Source: a virus (Duplodnaviria > Caudoviricetes). Taken from it: a stretch of 64,000 nt of DNA. A program made the translations under genes and the position numbers. Below, piece by piece: positions 8,300 to 17,643 of this stretch. Each line of letters starts with the position of its first letter. The first letter of the stretch is position 1. The DNA is taken from the IMG/VR virus record IMGVR_UViG_3300032232_001064, positions 8,860-72,859 of that record; one strand, given 5' to 3'. A model generated the notes under the pieces. The model was not told the DNA's origin and ran no database searches. It worked only from the letters and a program-made list of their open reading frames with translations.

Positions 8300-9070
8300 T
8301 TACTTGGACTTTGCTGTGGACGTGGGCGCCGCTGCGCGGGGCCCGAAGACGATGTCGAGCATGTTTTCGACACCGAGATTTTGCTGCTCTACGATCTTAC
8401 CGAGCCTGCCTTGAACGCGCTCACCGGCTTCATACTGCGCAGTGCGCTCGACGTACATGCGTCGTGCCTTGTACGGCGGTTGCGTCGGGTCCTGGCTCGG
8501 AAATTCCTCGACGGACAGAGCGCCAAGGATATCATAGAAGTAGGGCGCCTGGATCGCAAGCTGTCCCTGAAGATACGGACGATACCGACCGTCCTGGCCT
8601 TGACGCGCCATGGCTGTTAGCACGACTGCCTCGAGCGGGTTGACAGGGTGCATCGTGAGGTCACGAAGATCGCGAAGAAGAGCACCCATGTGACGAAGAA
8701 GTTCGCCCCACTGCTGCATCTGCATCTGATTCTTGCCGGCGATGTTGTCAACGCACTTGACCTGAAGCTCTGACACTGAGTCGATGATCAACGACTTGAA
8801 CTGATGCTTGCCCAGCTGCAGCCACTGGTACGCCTTGAGCACCGTGTCATACTGCGTGACGTTCACGACGCAAGTGTCCCAGGTGCCGTCAGCGACGGGC
8901 GGTTCCTCGCGAAGCGGGTCCCAGTACTTGACGTTGATCGGCAAGAACCGGTGTCCACCTTCCACGTCGAGCATCAGCCGAGGATACGGAGCTGTGACCG
9001 CAAATGTCGACTTACCGACCTTGGATTCACCGTAGACCATGATGGTCAACGATCTCTGTACTTCTGCCAT
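8300..9070 (-). CDS. AAA_24 / Sak4-like P-loop recombination ATPase
   Basis: Walker A YGESKVGKST, LDVEGG, Walker B LIIDSVS; next to the SSB and exonuclease. Confidence 0.85.
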   Translation of the reverse strand: MAEVQRSLTIMVYGESKVGKSTFAVTAPYPRLMLDVEGGHRFLPINVKYWDPLREEPPVADGTWDTCVVNVTQYDTVLKAYQWLQLGKHQFKSLIIDSVSELQVKCVDNIAGKNQMQMQQWGELLRHMGALLRDLRDLTMHPVNPLEAVVLTAMARQGQDGRYRPYLQGQLAIQAPYFYDILGALSVEEFPSQDPTQPPYKARRMYVERTAQYEAGERVQGRLGKIVEQQNLGVENMLDIVFGPRAAAPTSTAKSK

Positions 9071-10029
9071 TATTCACTTCCTTTCATCTCTGGGGTCTTG
9101 TAGTAGTCATACGGATCGCCGGCCGAGTACAGCTCGACAATCGCGTGCTCCGCCGCACTGCCGTCGTCAAACAACGGGCACACAGCAAAGAAATTGCACT
9201 TCCACTTGCAGTCTCGACTCGGACGCGGATACGCCACATAGTGGTGATCGCCTCCTTCGTCAAGCGCCTTGCGTACGGCCATCATGTCTCGGACTTCTCC
9301 ATGAAGCCGGTTCCAGAATGCACGCAATGCGAACGTGTTGTGTCGAACTTCGATCTGATCATAGAACGGCGGCTTTGCGTTTGCGGTACGCTTGACCTTT
9401 TTGAGCATCGTGAAGATGCCGCCATCGCAACGTTCGCCCTCGGGATTATTCGCTGCTTCAAGGATCATGTACGTGAGGATCTGCTCGTTCATGTGTGCCA
9501 TGGAACCGAATTCAGCGAACGAACCGCCAACGGTCTTGAAGTCACGGAAGAGTCGAACACCGTCAGCCTTGCGACGAACACGCATGTCGAGCTTGCCTTG
9601 CAGCTCGACTTGGCCACCGAACATCGGCATCGCAATGATTTCCTCTGTCGAGATCATCTCGAGCTCGGCGTCAATCCCGTCTTCGTCAACCCACTGGAGG
9701 TATCCTTCGAGCATGATGCGTCCAAGTTCGGCCTCAGTGTCGAGTTCGTTTGTGTCACGAAATGACTGGCGAAGAAGGTCGCGATCGTTTTCCACGTGAG
9801 CCGCGTACGCATCCAAGAGTGGAATATTCTTGGAGTAGTAGTCATCCAACGCGGCGTGTACCCGTGAACCGAGTGCGAGCGCGCCGGTGAAATTCTGCTG
9901 GAGAGGCTTTAGGTTGCGGTAGTAGTTCAACCACCACTTCCGTCGGCAATCCTTAAATGTCTGGATTTCACTGTTCGAGATGCGGATAGGCCCGCGAACC
10001 TCGACAGGTGTTTCGATGATGTCTGTCAC
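9070..10029 (-). CDS. PD-(D/E)xK Cas4/RecB-like exonuclease
   Basis: ISNSEIQTFKDCRRKWW, GSRVH, LQGKLD...DFKT, and C-terminal CKWKC...C (4-Cys Fe-S staple). Confidence 0.85.
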   Translation of the reverse strand: MTDIIETPVEVRGPIRISNSEIQTFKDCRRKWWLNYYRNLKPLQQNFTGALALGSRVHAALDDYYSKNIPLLDAYAAHVENDRDLLRQSFRDTNELDTEAELGRIMLEGYLQWVDEDGIDAELEMISTEEIIAMPMFGGQVELQGKLDMRVRRKADGVRLFRDFKTVGGSFAEFGSMAHMNEQILTYMILEAANNPEGERCDGGIFTMLKKVKRTANAKPPFYDQIEVRHNTFALRAFWNRLHGEVRDMMAVRKALDEGGDHHYVAYPRPSRDCKWKCNFFAVCPLFDDGSAAEHAIVELYSAGDPYDYYKTPEMKGSE

Positions 10030-11822
10030 TTGCGACCTTTCTCGTCCTTGAGCATGTCAAGAAGCCTTGCCTTGTCTTTCACGATCTGTTCGAAGTTATC
10101 GGCCTTCGTGTCGAGCACTTGAATCACGCGCTCCTCGATTGTGCCCTCAGTGACATAGTCGATGATGAGAACAGAATCGTGAATTTCGCTACCGATGCGG
10201 TGCACGCGATCGAGCGCCTGCTTGTAATCAACAAGCGACCAAGGGCGCTGAAGCATCACCATCTGCCGTGCGGCCGTAAGCGTCACGCCGACGCCTCCAG
10301 CCTGTGCCGTAAACAGAATCCACTTGATGCGGCCGTTTTGGAAATCGTCGATCGCCTGTTGACGTTCGTCCTCGGACTGCGCGCCGGTGATCAACCCATG
10401 CGGAATCTTTGCCTTTGTCATTTCATCGCTAAGCAACTCGATAAGCTGGCGTGACACGGCGCAGACCGCAACAGAATCATCGCCAAAGTCGCCATTCTTG
10501 ATGTCGTCCATCAGCGCGTCGACCTTGCATGACGGTGCGGTTAGCTGCACCTCTGTGGTGCCATCAAACTCGTCGACGGAAATCTCGGCGTATGAACTAG
10601 CGAACTGCAGCAACCGGATAGTCTGCGTCAATGGACTAGGAGCAGTAAGTGCGTCCCCACCTTCAAGTTCTGCAATCATGAGATCGCGCATCTGCTGATA
10701 CGCTTTCTTTTGCTTTGTCGACATCTCGACATCGCGGCGTTCCTTGATGACAGGCGGCAGCCACGGCAACACACGTGCTTTCAACATGCGCCGCATACGT
10801 GGATTGATTGACGAGTAGAACTCGGATTCCATGTGAGGCTTGACACCGATGACCATGAGACCGCCAAAGGCGTTCATCATGGTGTCGACCATGCGATCAA
10901 TCCATCGAGTCTTGCTCGGCCAATCTTCCGGCGAAATCCAGTGCAAGATCGCCCAGAGGTCGAGAACGTTGTTCGCAATTGGCGTACCTGTGAGAGCAAA
11001 TCGAATGTCAGCGTCACCGGTTGCAGCCCAAAGCGCACGCGTCTGCTTGCTCTTCGGTTCCTTTGACCGGTGAATCTCATCAGCTACGACCGCTTTGAAG
11101 TCAATGCAGTTCAACTCACGACGATGAACTTCGCAGCGGTTTTCAGTGACCTTGTCGTCGTGCCCGCCGCAGGCAACGCAGCGCGCAAGCGCGACGGATC
11201 CGTAGGATGCGAGCTTCGAGTGAGCGCGAAGAGATTCCCAGTTGATAACGAACACGTCAGCGTTCTCTTCGAATTGCTTACGCCGAGCAGTAGCAGAACC
11301 GCTGATCACCTGCACGTTAGTGCCAGGCCACCACATCTCGAATTCGCGCTTCCAGTTCTTCTTCAGCGTGTTTGGGCAGACGACTAGCGCGGGGAAGACT
11401 TCTCCGCCTCGGTCTTGAATCTCTTTCAAGGCGCGGATTGTCTGCGCGGTCTTTCCCAGACCCGGCTCGTCGGCCAGAAGTGCCCGACGCGCCGTAGCCA
11501 GAAACTGGACGCCTGCGCGTTGGTGCGGGAACAGTTTCTCATCGCCCTCTGCATCTTCTAGATCACGCAACTCGTTGCACGGGTTGATTCTTGTTGTAAC
11601 TTCGTTCGAAGCCCAGGCCGTGAGCCGTGGACCGATCTGAAGTTCTGTCTTGAAGACTGAACGAAGCGCCAAGCATGTCGACCACGCGAGTGGGGCACTC
11701 CAGTGCTTGTCAGTCGCTGACCATGTCGCGCCTGGAATGCTCTTGCAGAGCTCCTTGTAGCGCCACTCTGTGTCGATCTTGATCTTCGTCCCTGCGTCAT
11801 TCAGTTCTACGTCAACCGGCAT
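10026..11822 (-). CDS. SNF2-family (SF2) helicase
   Basis: LLADEPGLGKT, VVADEIH, ALTGTPIAN, AGGVGVTLTAA, QALDRVHRIG. Confidence 0.95.
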   Translation of the reverse strand: MPVDVELNDAGTKIKIDTEWRYKELCKSIPGATWSATDKHWSAPLAWSTCLALRSVFKTELQIGPRLTAWASNEVTTRINPCNELRDLEDAEGDEKLFPHQRAGVQFLATARRALLADEPGLGKTAQTIRALKEIQDRGGEVFPALVVCPNTLKKNWKREFEMWWPGTNVQVISGSATARRKQFEENADVFVINWESLRAHSKLASYGSVALARCVACGGHDDKVTENRCEVHRRELNCIDFKAVVADEIHRSKEPKSKQTRALWAATGDADIRFALTGTPIANNVLDLWAILHWISPEDWPSKTRWIDRMVDTMMNAFGGLMVIGVKPHMESEFYSSINPRMRRMLKARVLPWLPPVIKERRDVEMSTKQKKAYQQMRDLMIAELEGGDALTAPSPLTQTIRLLQFASSYAEISVDEFDGTTEVQLTAPSCKVDALMDDIKNGDFGDDSVAVCAVSRQLIELLSDEMTKAKIPHGLITGAQSEDERQQAIDDFQNGRIKWILFTAQAGGVGVTLTAARQMVMLQRPWSLVDYKQALDRVHRIGSEIHDSVLIIDYVTEGTIEERVIQVLDTKADNFEQIVKDKARLLDMLKDEKGRK

Positions 11823-11852
11823 TCATGTCACCTCTTCTCGTTAGCGAGGATG

Positions 11853-11861
11853 ACTATACCA
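11853..11861 (-). promoter_or_regulatory. extended -10 promoter (TGGTATAGT) upstream of the helicase operon
   Basis: TG-N-TATAGT in an AT-rich intergenic gap about 30 nt before the helicase start. Confidence 0.6.
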
Positions 11862-11909
11862 CATACTAAGTCAAATGTATGACGCTTGCAAAATTTTTCT
11901 TAGTATCTT

Positions 11910-12380
11910 TTACTGAAGTAGTCTGCGAGGCGTCCAACCGTGCTTTGCCAGATACAGCAAGGCGTGGCGAATCGCGTCAAGTGCGTGTCCTTCGCCTCCA
12001 CGGTGCCAGTACTCAAGCTTTTTAAGCGCTTCGTTTGGAAACATGCGCTTTGCGTCTGCAGGTGACTGCAGCACAATGCAGTCCGGGTCGATTCCGTTGC
12101 TCAAAAGCAGATACTTCAAGATGCCGATCTGCTCAAGGCTGAACGGCGCCTGCGAATTCTTGACCGTCTGCGCGTTGATCGTGAATCGCTCGCAGACTAT
12201 TTCGAGGTCGGCGCCAAGCACCATAGCGTCGGTGATCGCGCGCAAGATTGGCACGTGGTACTCGCGCATCATGTACTCACCAGAGTACAAAAGCTCAGGC
12301 TCTCCGTCTGCAAACTTAAACACGCAGATACCGCTCTTCTTGCCCGGGTCTACTGAAAGTACTAGTCTGTTCACGTCCAT
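11910..12380 (-). CDS. RuvC-like Holliday junction resolvase
   Basis: LSVDPGKKSG, IVCERF, and C-terminal HALDAIRH: RNase H-fold acidic residues typical of actinophage resolvases. Confidence 0.75.
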   Translation of the reverse strand: MDVNRLVLSVDPGKKSGICVFKFADGEPELLYSGEYMMREYHVPILRAITDAMVLGADLEIVCERFTINAQTVKNSQAPFSLEQIGILKYLLLSNGIDPDCIVLQSPADAKRMFPNEALKKLEYWHRGGEGHALDAIRHALLYLAKHGWTPRRLLQ

Positions 12381-12697
12381 ACCACCCTAGCTACTCCAGC
12401 TCGAACGAGCATGCTCTCACACTTCTTGCATGGCTTTGACGGTGCTGGTTCGCCGTCCGCGCCAACTCTCGCAATGTAGACGTGCGCGCCGGTCGCACGC
12501 GAACCGGCAGCAATGATAGCGCCAAATTCCGCGTGGATGTGCGACACACGCCAAGCGGTGCTTGGGTCACCGACCTTCTTATTTGTCGCCATCGCGATGA
12601 TACGACCGTTCTTGGCGACGACACATCCATGACGATGTCTACACTTGCTCTTAGCTGCAAGCTGCAGCGCCTTTGTCATGTACTTACTTACCGCCAT
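12371..12697 (-). CDS. small cytidine/dCMP deaminase-fold protein
   Basis: HAE and PCxxC zinc motifs (HAEFGAI...SKPCKKC); ATG 12697 overlaps the polA stop. Confidence 0.85.
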   Translation of the reverse strand: MAVSKYMTKALQLAAKSKCRHRHGCVVAKNGRIIAMATNKKVGDPSTAWRVSHIHAEFGAIIAAGSRATGAHVYIARVGADGEPAPSKPCKKCESMLVRAGVARVVWT

Positions 12698-14520
12698 CAG
12701 TATTTGTCTCCCCACGTCTCAAGCGGACCGTCGACGTCAGCAGTTAGCGGCACAGCCCAACCTTCACGCGTTGTCATGCATTCACGAACAACTTGCATGA
12801 TCTCGCGGGCGTCCTTGCGCGGCGCCTGTAGCACGATTTCGTCGTGCACTGGAACGATCAGCATCTCAGTCAGATCTGCTTGGTCGAGCTTTACGAGGTT
12901 CGCCTTGAAAACCTCCGCGGCACCACCTTGAATGAGATAGTTGACAAGCGTGTACACGCGACCTTCGTCGCAAGGAAGTCGCCGACCTGTCCAAGTATAG
13001 ACGTAGCCTTGGCCTTCCTCGCGAACACGACGCATCCCAATGTCTTCAATCTGTCGCTGGAAGTACGCCATTCCAGGGAATCGACGATCAAACTCGTCTG
13101 ACGTGTGCTTCATTGCGGATTCGTGGACGCCGGCGGTAAGCGCCTGTTTCGCAACGCCGGCACCGTAAAGACGGCCATAGATCATGCTCTTGATAAGGCC
13201 ACGGCGCTTATCGGATTTCTGCATGTCTGGCTCGCTGTACACTTCACGGCCGATCTCGGTGAACGGATCAGAGCCGGTGCTATCTGCGACGTTGAACAGC
13301 GAGATCAGGTTTTCGTCGTTAGAGAGACTCGCAAACATTCTGAACTCGACCTGGTCAAGGTCAGAGGTGATGATGACGTGATCGTCGTCCTTCGGAATGA
13401 AGGCACGACGAACCGTTGCGTCACCCTTTGGCAGTGTTTGAAGCGCCGGGTTCGTAATCGACATGCGACTTGTTCGAGCGCCGAGCGTCTTTACAGACGG
13501 ATGCACAAAGCCGTCAACAGATTCAGTCAAGAAGTTGCTGAAGTACGTGTTCGCAAGCTTGTCAGCCTTGCGCTGCTTAAGAACAGTGTCGGCAAGTGTC
13601 TTGACTTCGTCGTTGCCGTCGCGAAGAAGAATCTTCAGCTGATCTTTAGTGCATGACTTTTGCCCAGTCGGCGTTGTTTCCGTAATCTCTGCACCAAGGC
13701 GCTCGAAAAGCCGAACGAGCTGGACGTTGCTCGTGATCGACACACCTTCATACTTTTGCTTGGCCCACGTCTTTACGCTATTAGTGTATGCGCTCAGCTC
13801 ATCATACTTCTGGCGTGAGTAGCCAAGGTCAACGCGTGCGCCGTTGATTTCCATGCGTGTGACGATTCGCCGCGCGGCCATTTCCAGCTCGTACGGACGG
13901 CTATACGCGCCGCTAGGGCCGCACTTGTCCCAGAACATTTCCCACAGTCTGGTCGTCAGCACGCAGTCGAGAGCGCCATATGACCAGTACGGTTGAAAGT
14001 TTGTCGGAACTGTTCCCCACGTCCAACCGTTCTTTACGAGCTCGGTATCGAGCGTCTCTTGAAGAGCCACAGCGCGACTATCGACGTGCAACGCCGCAAG
14101 ACGCTTTAGCGCGCCGGAACCAAGAGGATCTACGACATGCGCCATGATCATTGTGTCATGCGCTCTATGCCACGGAATATCCCACCGAGACTGGACATCG
14201 AACCATCGCGCCTCAAAGGCGATGTTGTGGCAGATCAACGGACCATCGAACTTGTTCATGGCCTCATAGAACACACCTGACCATTCGTCCCACGGAATCG
14301 ACCAGCCCTGCTCACCGTCACCGACTTGCACAAGTCGAAGCCGGCCGTGCCATGGAGAAAACGCATGGTCTCGAGGGTTGCCGGGCAGTTCTCCGGTTTC
14401 AGTGTCGACAGCCAGCGCGTTGTGCGGCCGTCTTTGCCCAATCCAGTGGATGAACTCCGCAGCCTTTTCGACATTGTCGACCAGATGAAGCTGGACGTTG
14501 GAAAGATCAGTCGTTGTCAT
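12697..14520 (-). CDS. polA: family A DNA polymerase with 3'-5' exonuclease
   Basis: Exo I AVDTETG, Exo II HNIAFE, Exo III YGALDC; motif A SDLDQVEFR, motif B KSMIYGRLYG, motif C VHDEI. Start trimmed to ATG 14520. Confidence 0.95.
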   Translation of the reverse strand: MTTTDLSNVQLHLVDNVEKAAEFIHWIGQRRPHNALAVDTETGELPGNPRDHAFSPWHGRLRLVQVGDGEQGWSIPWDEWSGVFYEAMNKFDGPLICHNIAFEARWFDVQSRWDIPWHRAHDTMIMAHVVDPLGSGALKRLAALHVDSRAVALQETLDTELVKNGWTWGTVPTNFQPYWSYGALDCVLTTRLWEMFWDKCGPSGAYSRPYELEMAARRIVTRMEINGARVDLGYSRQKYDELSAYTNSVKTWAKQKYEGVSITSNVQLVRLFERLGAEITETTPTGQKSCTKDQLKILLRDGNDEVKTLADTVLKQRKADKLANTYFSNFLTESVDGFVHPSVKTLGARTSRMSITNPALQTLPKGDATVRRAFIPKDDDHVIITSDLDQVEFRMFASLSNDENLISLFNVADSTGSDPFTEIGREVYSEPDMQKSDKRRGLIKSMIYGRLYGAGVAKQALTAGVHESAMKHTSDEFDRRFPGMAYFQRQIEDIGMRRVREEGQGYVYTWTGRRLPCDEGRVYTLVNYLIQGGAAEVFKANLVKLDQADLTEMLIVPVHDEIVLQAPRKDAREIMQVVRECMTTREGWAVPLTADVDGPLETWGDKY

Positions 14521-15016
14521 TGTTGTCGTCCCTATCCCAGAAAATAGTGTAGTCGATGCCAGTCTCTTTGAGATACGCAAACACTAGTTCAGGTCGTCTA
14601 TGAGCGTCATTCTCACTCGCGCGGCAGACGACACGGCGTATTCCAGAGTTGCTGATGAGCTTGGCGCACTGCATGCAAGGAACGCCAGTGACGTACAACG
14701 TACCACCATCGATGCTCGATCGGTCGACATACAGCAAAGCGTTCGCCTCCGCGTGGATGGCGGGGCACAGGTCATACGTGTTGTCGAGTGTCCCCTCGCC
14801 TCTCGCTCGAGGGCACCACCCAGAACACATGCCGTCGTGAGGCCACGAAGCAGCAGGCCCGTTGTAGCCTGTTGCTGCGATCCGCTGGTTTCCTGAAACG
14901 ATGACGGCGCCGATTCGGGCGCGAGAGCAGCGTGACTTTTTTGCTACGACGTCAGCTACAGCTATCCAGGTATCGTCCCACGAAGGAATGTCATCATTCG
15001 TCGTCTTCTGTGTCAT
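14507..15016 (-). CDS. dCMP deaminase
   Basis: SRCSRARIGAVIV...ATGYNGP...HAEANALL...PCMQCAKLI. Confidence 0.9.
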   Translation of the reverse strand: MTQKTTNDDIPSWDDTWIAVADVVAKKSRCSRARIGAVIVSGNQRIAATGYNGPAASWPHDGMCSGWCPRARGEGTLDNTYDLCPAIHAEANALLYVDRSSIDGGTLYVTGVPCMQCAKLISNSGIRRVVCRASENDAHRRPELVFAYLKETGIDYTIFWDRDDNNDND

Positions 15017-15194
15017 ATTGTTCCTCGTCCGACACCTCGTTCATTCCCATGACGAGCATTCTCGCTACGAGTTCCAGGGCGTCTCTTCGTGTAAATCCGG
15101 CTCGGCGCAGTGTCACATACATCTCATGCATGCTGATTGCCGCCTCTTCCATCGGCGATGCGTACTCGTAATCGTCATCGCCGTTGTTGCTCAT
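14994..15194 (-). CDS. hypothetical protein
   Basis: 66-aa coupled ORF (MHEMYVTLRRAGFTRRDALELV) resembling small actinophage proteins. Confidence 0.65.
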   Translation of the reverse strand: MSNNGDDDYEYASPMEEAAISMHEMYVTLRRAGFTRRDALELVARMLVMGMNEVSDEEQYDTEDDE

Positions 15195-16054
15195 GTCGCG
15201 TTCTTTTGACTGTTCTTATAGAACGCAGAGATCATCGAATCTGCGTACCAAGCTTCGGCATTGCCAAGAGACTCGTACGCTCTTTGCGAGTAGACAGCTG
15301 CAAGTGCGGTCTGCGCCATAGTCTTAATATTATCCCACGATGAACCAACGATCGGTGGAGGCGGTGACACAATCTCAGTCTTTTGAAGCTGCGTCGCCGC
15401 TTCGAAATTCGTCTCGTAGATGTGAAGCGAACCGACGTGGTGAGCATACTGACCAGGCTCAATCCCGAGGACACTGGCCATTGCGATCTGCACTCGCGTG
15501 AACTGAAAGAAATCATACGCGGCGCCAAGCCACACGTCGTTCGACCGCATGTACACGCTCATGTTGAGCTTTCCATTGCGTATCCGAAACTGATGCATGA
15601 CGGTGCACGGGTAGTCTCGCTTATGCGGAGTGTTGTCCTTAGACGGATCCCAAAGCGTGACGACCGCCTGCCGCGAATCAGTGTCATTTTTGAGCTTTTC
15701 GATCACAGCTTCATACTGTCCGCTGGTTCGCGTACCGTACGACCCGTGAAACTTGCCGTCTTCTTCTGCGTAGTTCTTAAACTGCGGACCGATCGCGATC
15801 ACGGTTTCCGGTACCGCAACTCCGCCGAGAAGTTGGCACGCTTCGACGGCACCAATGCCTGCGACCGGGTTGCGCTTGACGCCGACGGGCAATGTCGCAA
15901 AGACGTTGTCGATGTAGACAACCGCGTCTTCAATCTCAAGAGTGCCGAGCCCTCGAGGAGCTACTCGGTCGCCGTAGATAAGGACATGGTTGACAAGATC
16001 AACATAGCCGTTGACGCCGTCTTCGATTTCAATGGACTTTATGGAAGCTCCCAA
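15191..16054 (-). CDS. thymidylate-synthase-fold enzyme, probable dCMP hydroxymethylase-type
   Basis: DSRQAV, catalytic YPCT, MRSNDVWLGAAYD (Asp at the position of the E. coli TS Asn177 specificity residue, as in T4 gp42), HVGSLHIYE. Confidence 0.85.
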   Translation of the reverse strand: MGASIKSIEIEDGVNGYVDLVNHVLIYGDRVAPRGLGTLEIEDAVVYIDNVFATLPVGVKRNPVAGIGAVEACQLLGGVAVPETVIAIGPQFKNYAEEDGKFHGSYGTRTSGQYEAVIEKLKNDTDSRQAVVTLWDPSKDNTPHKRDYPCTVMHQFRIRNGKLNMSVYMRSNDVWLGAAYDFFQFTRVQIAMASVLGIEPGQYAHHVGSLHIYETNFEAATQLQKTEIVSPPPPIVGSSWDNIKTMAQTALAAVYSQRAYESLGNAEAWYADSMISAFYKNSQKNAT

Positions 16055-17043
16055 TGCGCAAACCTTTCACTGTGAATCTTGTCGTTGAGTGCGAAACTTT
16101 CAATCGCTAGACCGTACTCGAACTTATCTCGATGATGAAAGCGTCGTACGTATTGCGGATGAGGCAGCACGCTATAGCCGTGAGCATGCAGTCCACACGA
16201 ACGAACTTCTCGCTCGGCCATCCGACCAAGAGCGACGATTTGTGGACAGCCTAGCGCACCCCACAGCTCTACGAGACGCGCGTCATGAACGTCGCCTGCA
16301 TTGACAATTCCAACGCTGCGCCACAGACTTTCGGGAAGCGCGCTCAAAAGAAAGTCGCCAGAGTTTCCGTCAACTGGCATAAATGGAAGGCATGTTACCG
16401 ACGGGTCATTTCGCTTGTCGCCGACAAGAAGAACTGTAGGCATTGCAGATCCGATGTATTCAGGAAATTGAGCAAGAGGCTTCGTAAACTCTGAAACGAT
16501 CGACGCCACGTGAACAATGTCGGCGGCAAGTGCGCTGAGGTTGTCTAGTCCTTCTGGTGGAACTACCTCTTGTGCGTTGAATGAACTCATTGTCGCGGCT
16601 GACTCGTATCTTGAGAGAATCCCACGAAGGTCTGACGATGACACAAAGTCGTCACCGCGAGACGCCAACCTACTCACGATAACATCAAGCGGCTGATGAA
16701 CCCAGAACTGTGCCACACCACGTGACGCAAGAAACAGCTCTACCCAACGCCAACCTGCGACCCCGAGCAGGCCATAGCCGTCTTTGTTTGTTTCTGGCCG
16801 CTTTGTCGGCGCGTATGTAATCTCGCCCCAGTGCCACCTATCGGCGATCGCGTCCTCGCGCCACGTGTCGAGGTTTTCAATCGAGATGGCGTACTCAGTG
16901 AGCGCCCAACGCCTCGTAAGCTCGTCAGGGCGTCCTTTATGGAACTCTAGAACCTTACTCGACGACGCGTCGAGCAGCTTCTTGATCTCAAGAGCAAGCG
17001 AGGACTTACCAGATGCGTCGGTACCCTCAAGTACAATGAACAT
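16039..17043 (-). CDS. dNMP (thymidylate-type) kinase fused to a UDG-like domain
   Basis: N-terminal P-loop LEGTDASGKS and DRWHWGE; C-terminal VLLVGD...PF...SGDFL...IVALGRMA...LPHPQY resembles the uracil-DNA glycosylase superfamily layout. Confidence 0.7.
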   Translation of the reverse strand: MFIVLEGTDASGKSSLALEIKKLLDASSSKVLEFHKGRPDELTRRWALTEYAISIENLDTWREDAIADRWHWGEITYAPTKRPETNKDGYGLLGVAGWRWVELFLASRGVAQFWVHQPLDVIVSRLASRGDDFVSSSDLRGILSRYESAATMSSFNAQEVVPPEGLDNLSALAADIVHVASIVSEFTKPLAQFPEYIGSAMPTVLLVGDKRNDPSVTCLPFMPVDGNSGDFLLSALPESLWRSVGIVNAGDVHDARLVELWGALGCPQIVALGRMAEREVRSCGLHAHGYSVLPHPQYVRRFHHRDKFEYGLAIESFALNDKIHSERFAHWELP

Positions 17044-17070
17044 TCGTCTCTCCGTTATAGGTCTGAAGCC

Positions 17071-17079
17071 AGTATAACA
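17071..17079 (-). promoter_or_regulatory. extended -10 promoter (TGTTATACT)
   Basis: TG-N-TATACT 28 nt upstream of the kinase start; GGAGAG RBS follows. Confidence 0.55.
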
Positions 17080-17102
17080 CAGGTGCGGTTTGGGTTGATG
17101 AT

Positions 17103-17579
17103 CTACGGGATCACTTCGACACGGTAGGCAGCTTCAATCGCTTTGTCGAGCTTCGACGCATCGGCCATAAGTCGTTGCGCAACATGCGTCAGGTATCGCG
17201 CGCCGCTGTCGTCGTACTTGTAGAGTGCTTCGAGAACGGCATTTGGGTCATCGCTCACCTGAGCCCAGTTACGGTCTTTCTCTGGAAATATTACACCTGC
17301 CGCGAGTGAAGGACTGCAGACTTCGCACGGTACTAAATCGCGAGGGTTGTTGATGTTTCCAACAGGAATTTCCGTGAGGTTGTAGCGCTTTACGAGGTGA
17401 CACGCGCCGGCATGGTACACCACAGAGACGCCAACTCGAGAAAGCACATATGACCCATTCTCGGTCTTGTACAGCTCAAACTCGATCCATCGAAGTGAGT
17501 CACGGCGCCAAGACGACGATTTACCGAGTAGCTTGCCGTTGAACTGTAATGTTCTGTCGCCGTCTTTGACCTGAATCAT
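17103..17579 (-). CDS. hypothetical protein
   Basis: 158-aa ORF with GGAAGG RBS; no recognised family. Confidence 0.7.
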   Translation of the reverse strand: MIQVKDGDRTLQFNGKLLGKSSSWRRDSLRWIEFELYKTENGSYVLSRVGVSVVYHAGACHLVKRYNLTEIPVGNINNPRDLVPCEVCSPSLAAGVIFPEKDRNWAQVSDDPNAVLEALYKYDDSGARYLTHVAQRLMADASKLDKAIEAAYRVEVIP

Positions 17580-17643
17580 TGTCTGTTGTCATCCTTCCAG
17601 AGATCTATCCACATTGTAATCTATTCACGACGCGCTGTGCGCA

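Noticed and set aside
9070-10029. Cas4 as evidence of a CRISPR-Cas system
   Set aside because: It sits in a standard phage recombination trio (exonuclease, AAA_24, SSB) with no cas1/cas2 or array.
10026-14520. Inteins or introns in helicase or polymerase
   Set aside because: Lengths are normal, motifs are contiguous, and no C/S...HN splice junctions or homing-endonuclease motifs were seen.
15191-16054. Annotation as ordinary thymidylate synthase (thyA)
   Set aside because: The specificity position holds Asp, not Asn, and the context (kinase, dCTPase-like, GTs) fits cytosine modification better, so no thyA symbol was assigned.
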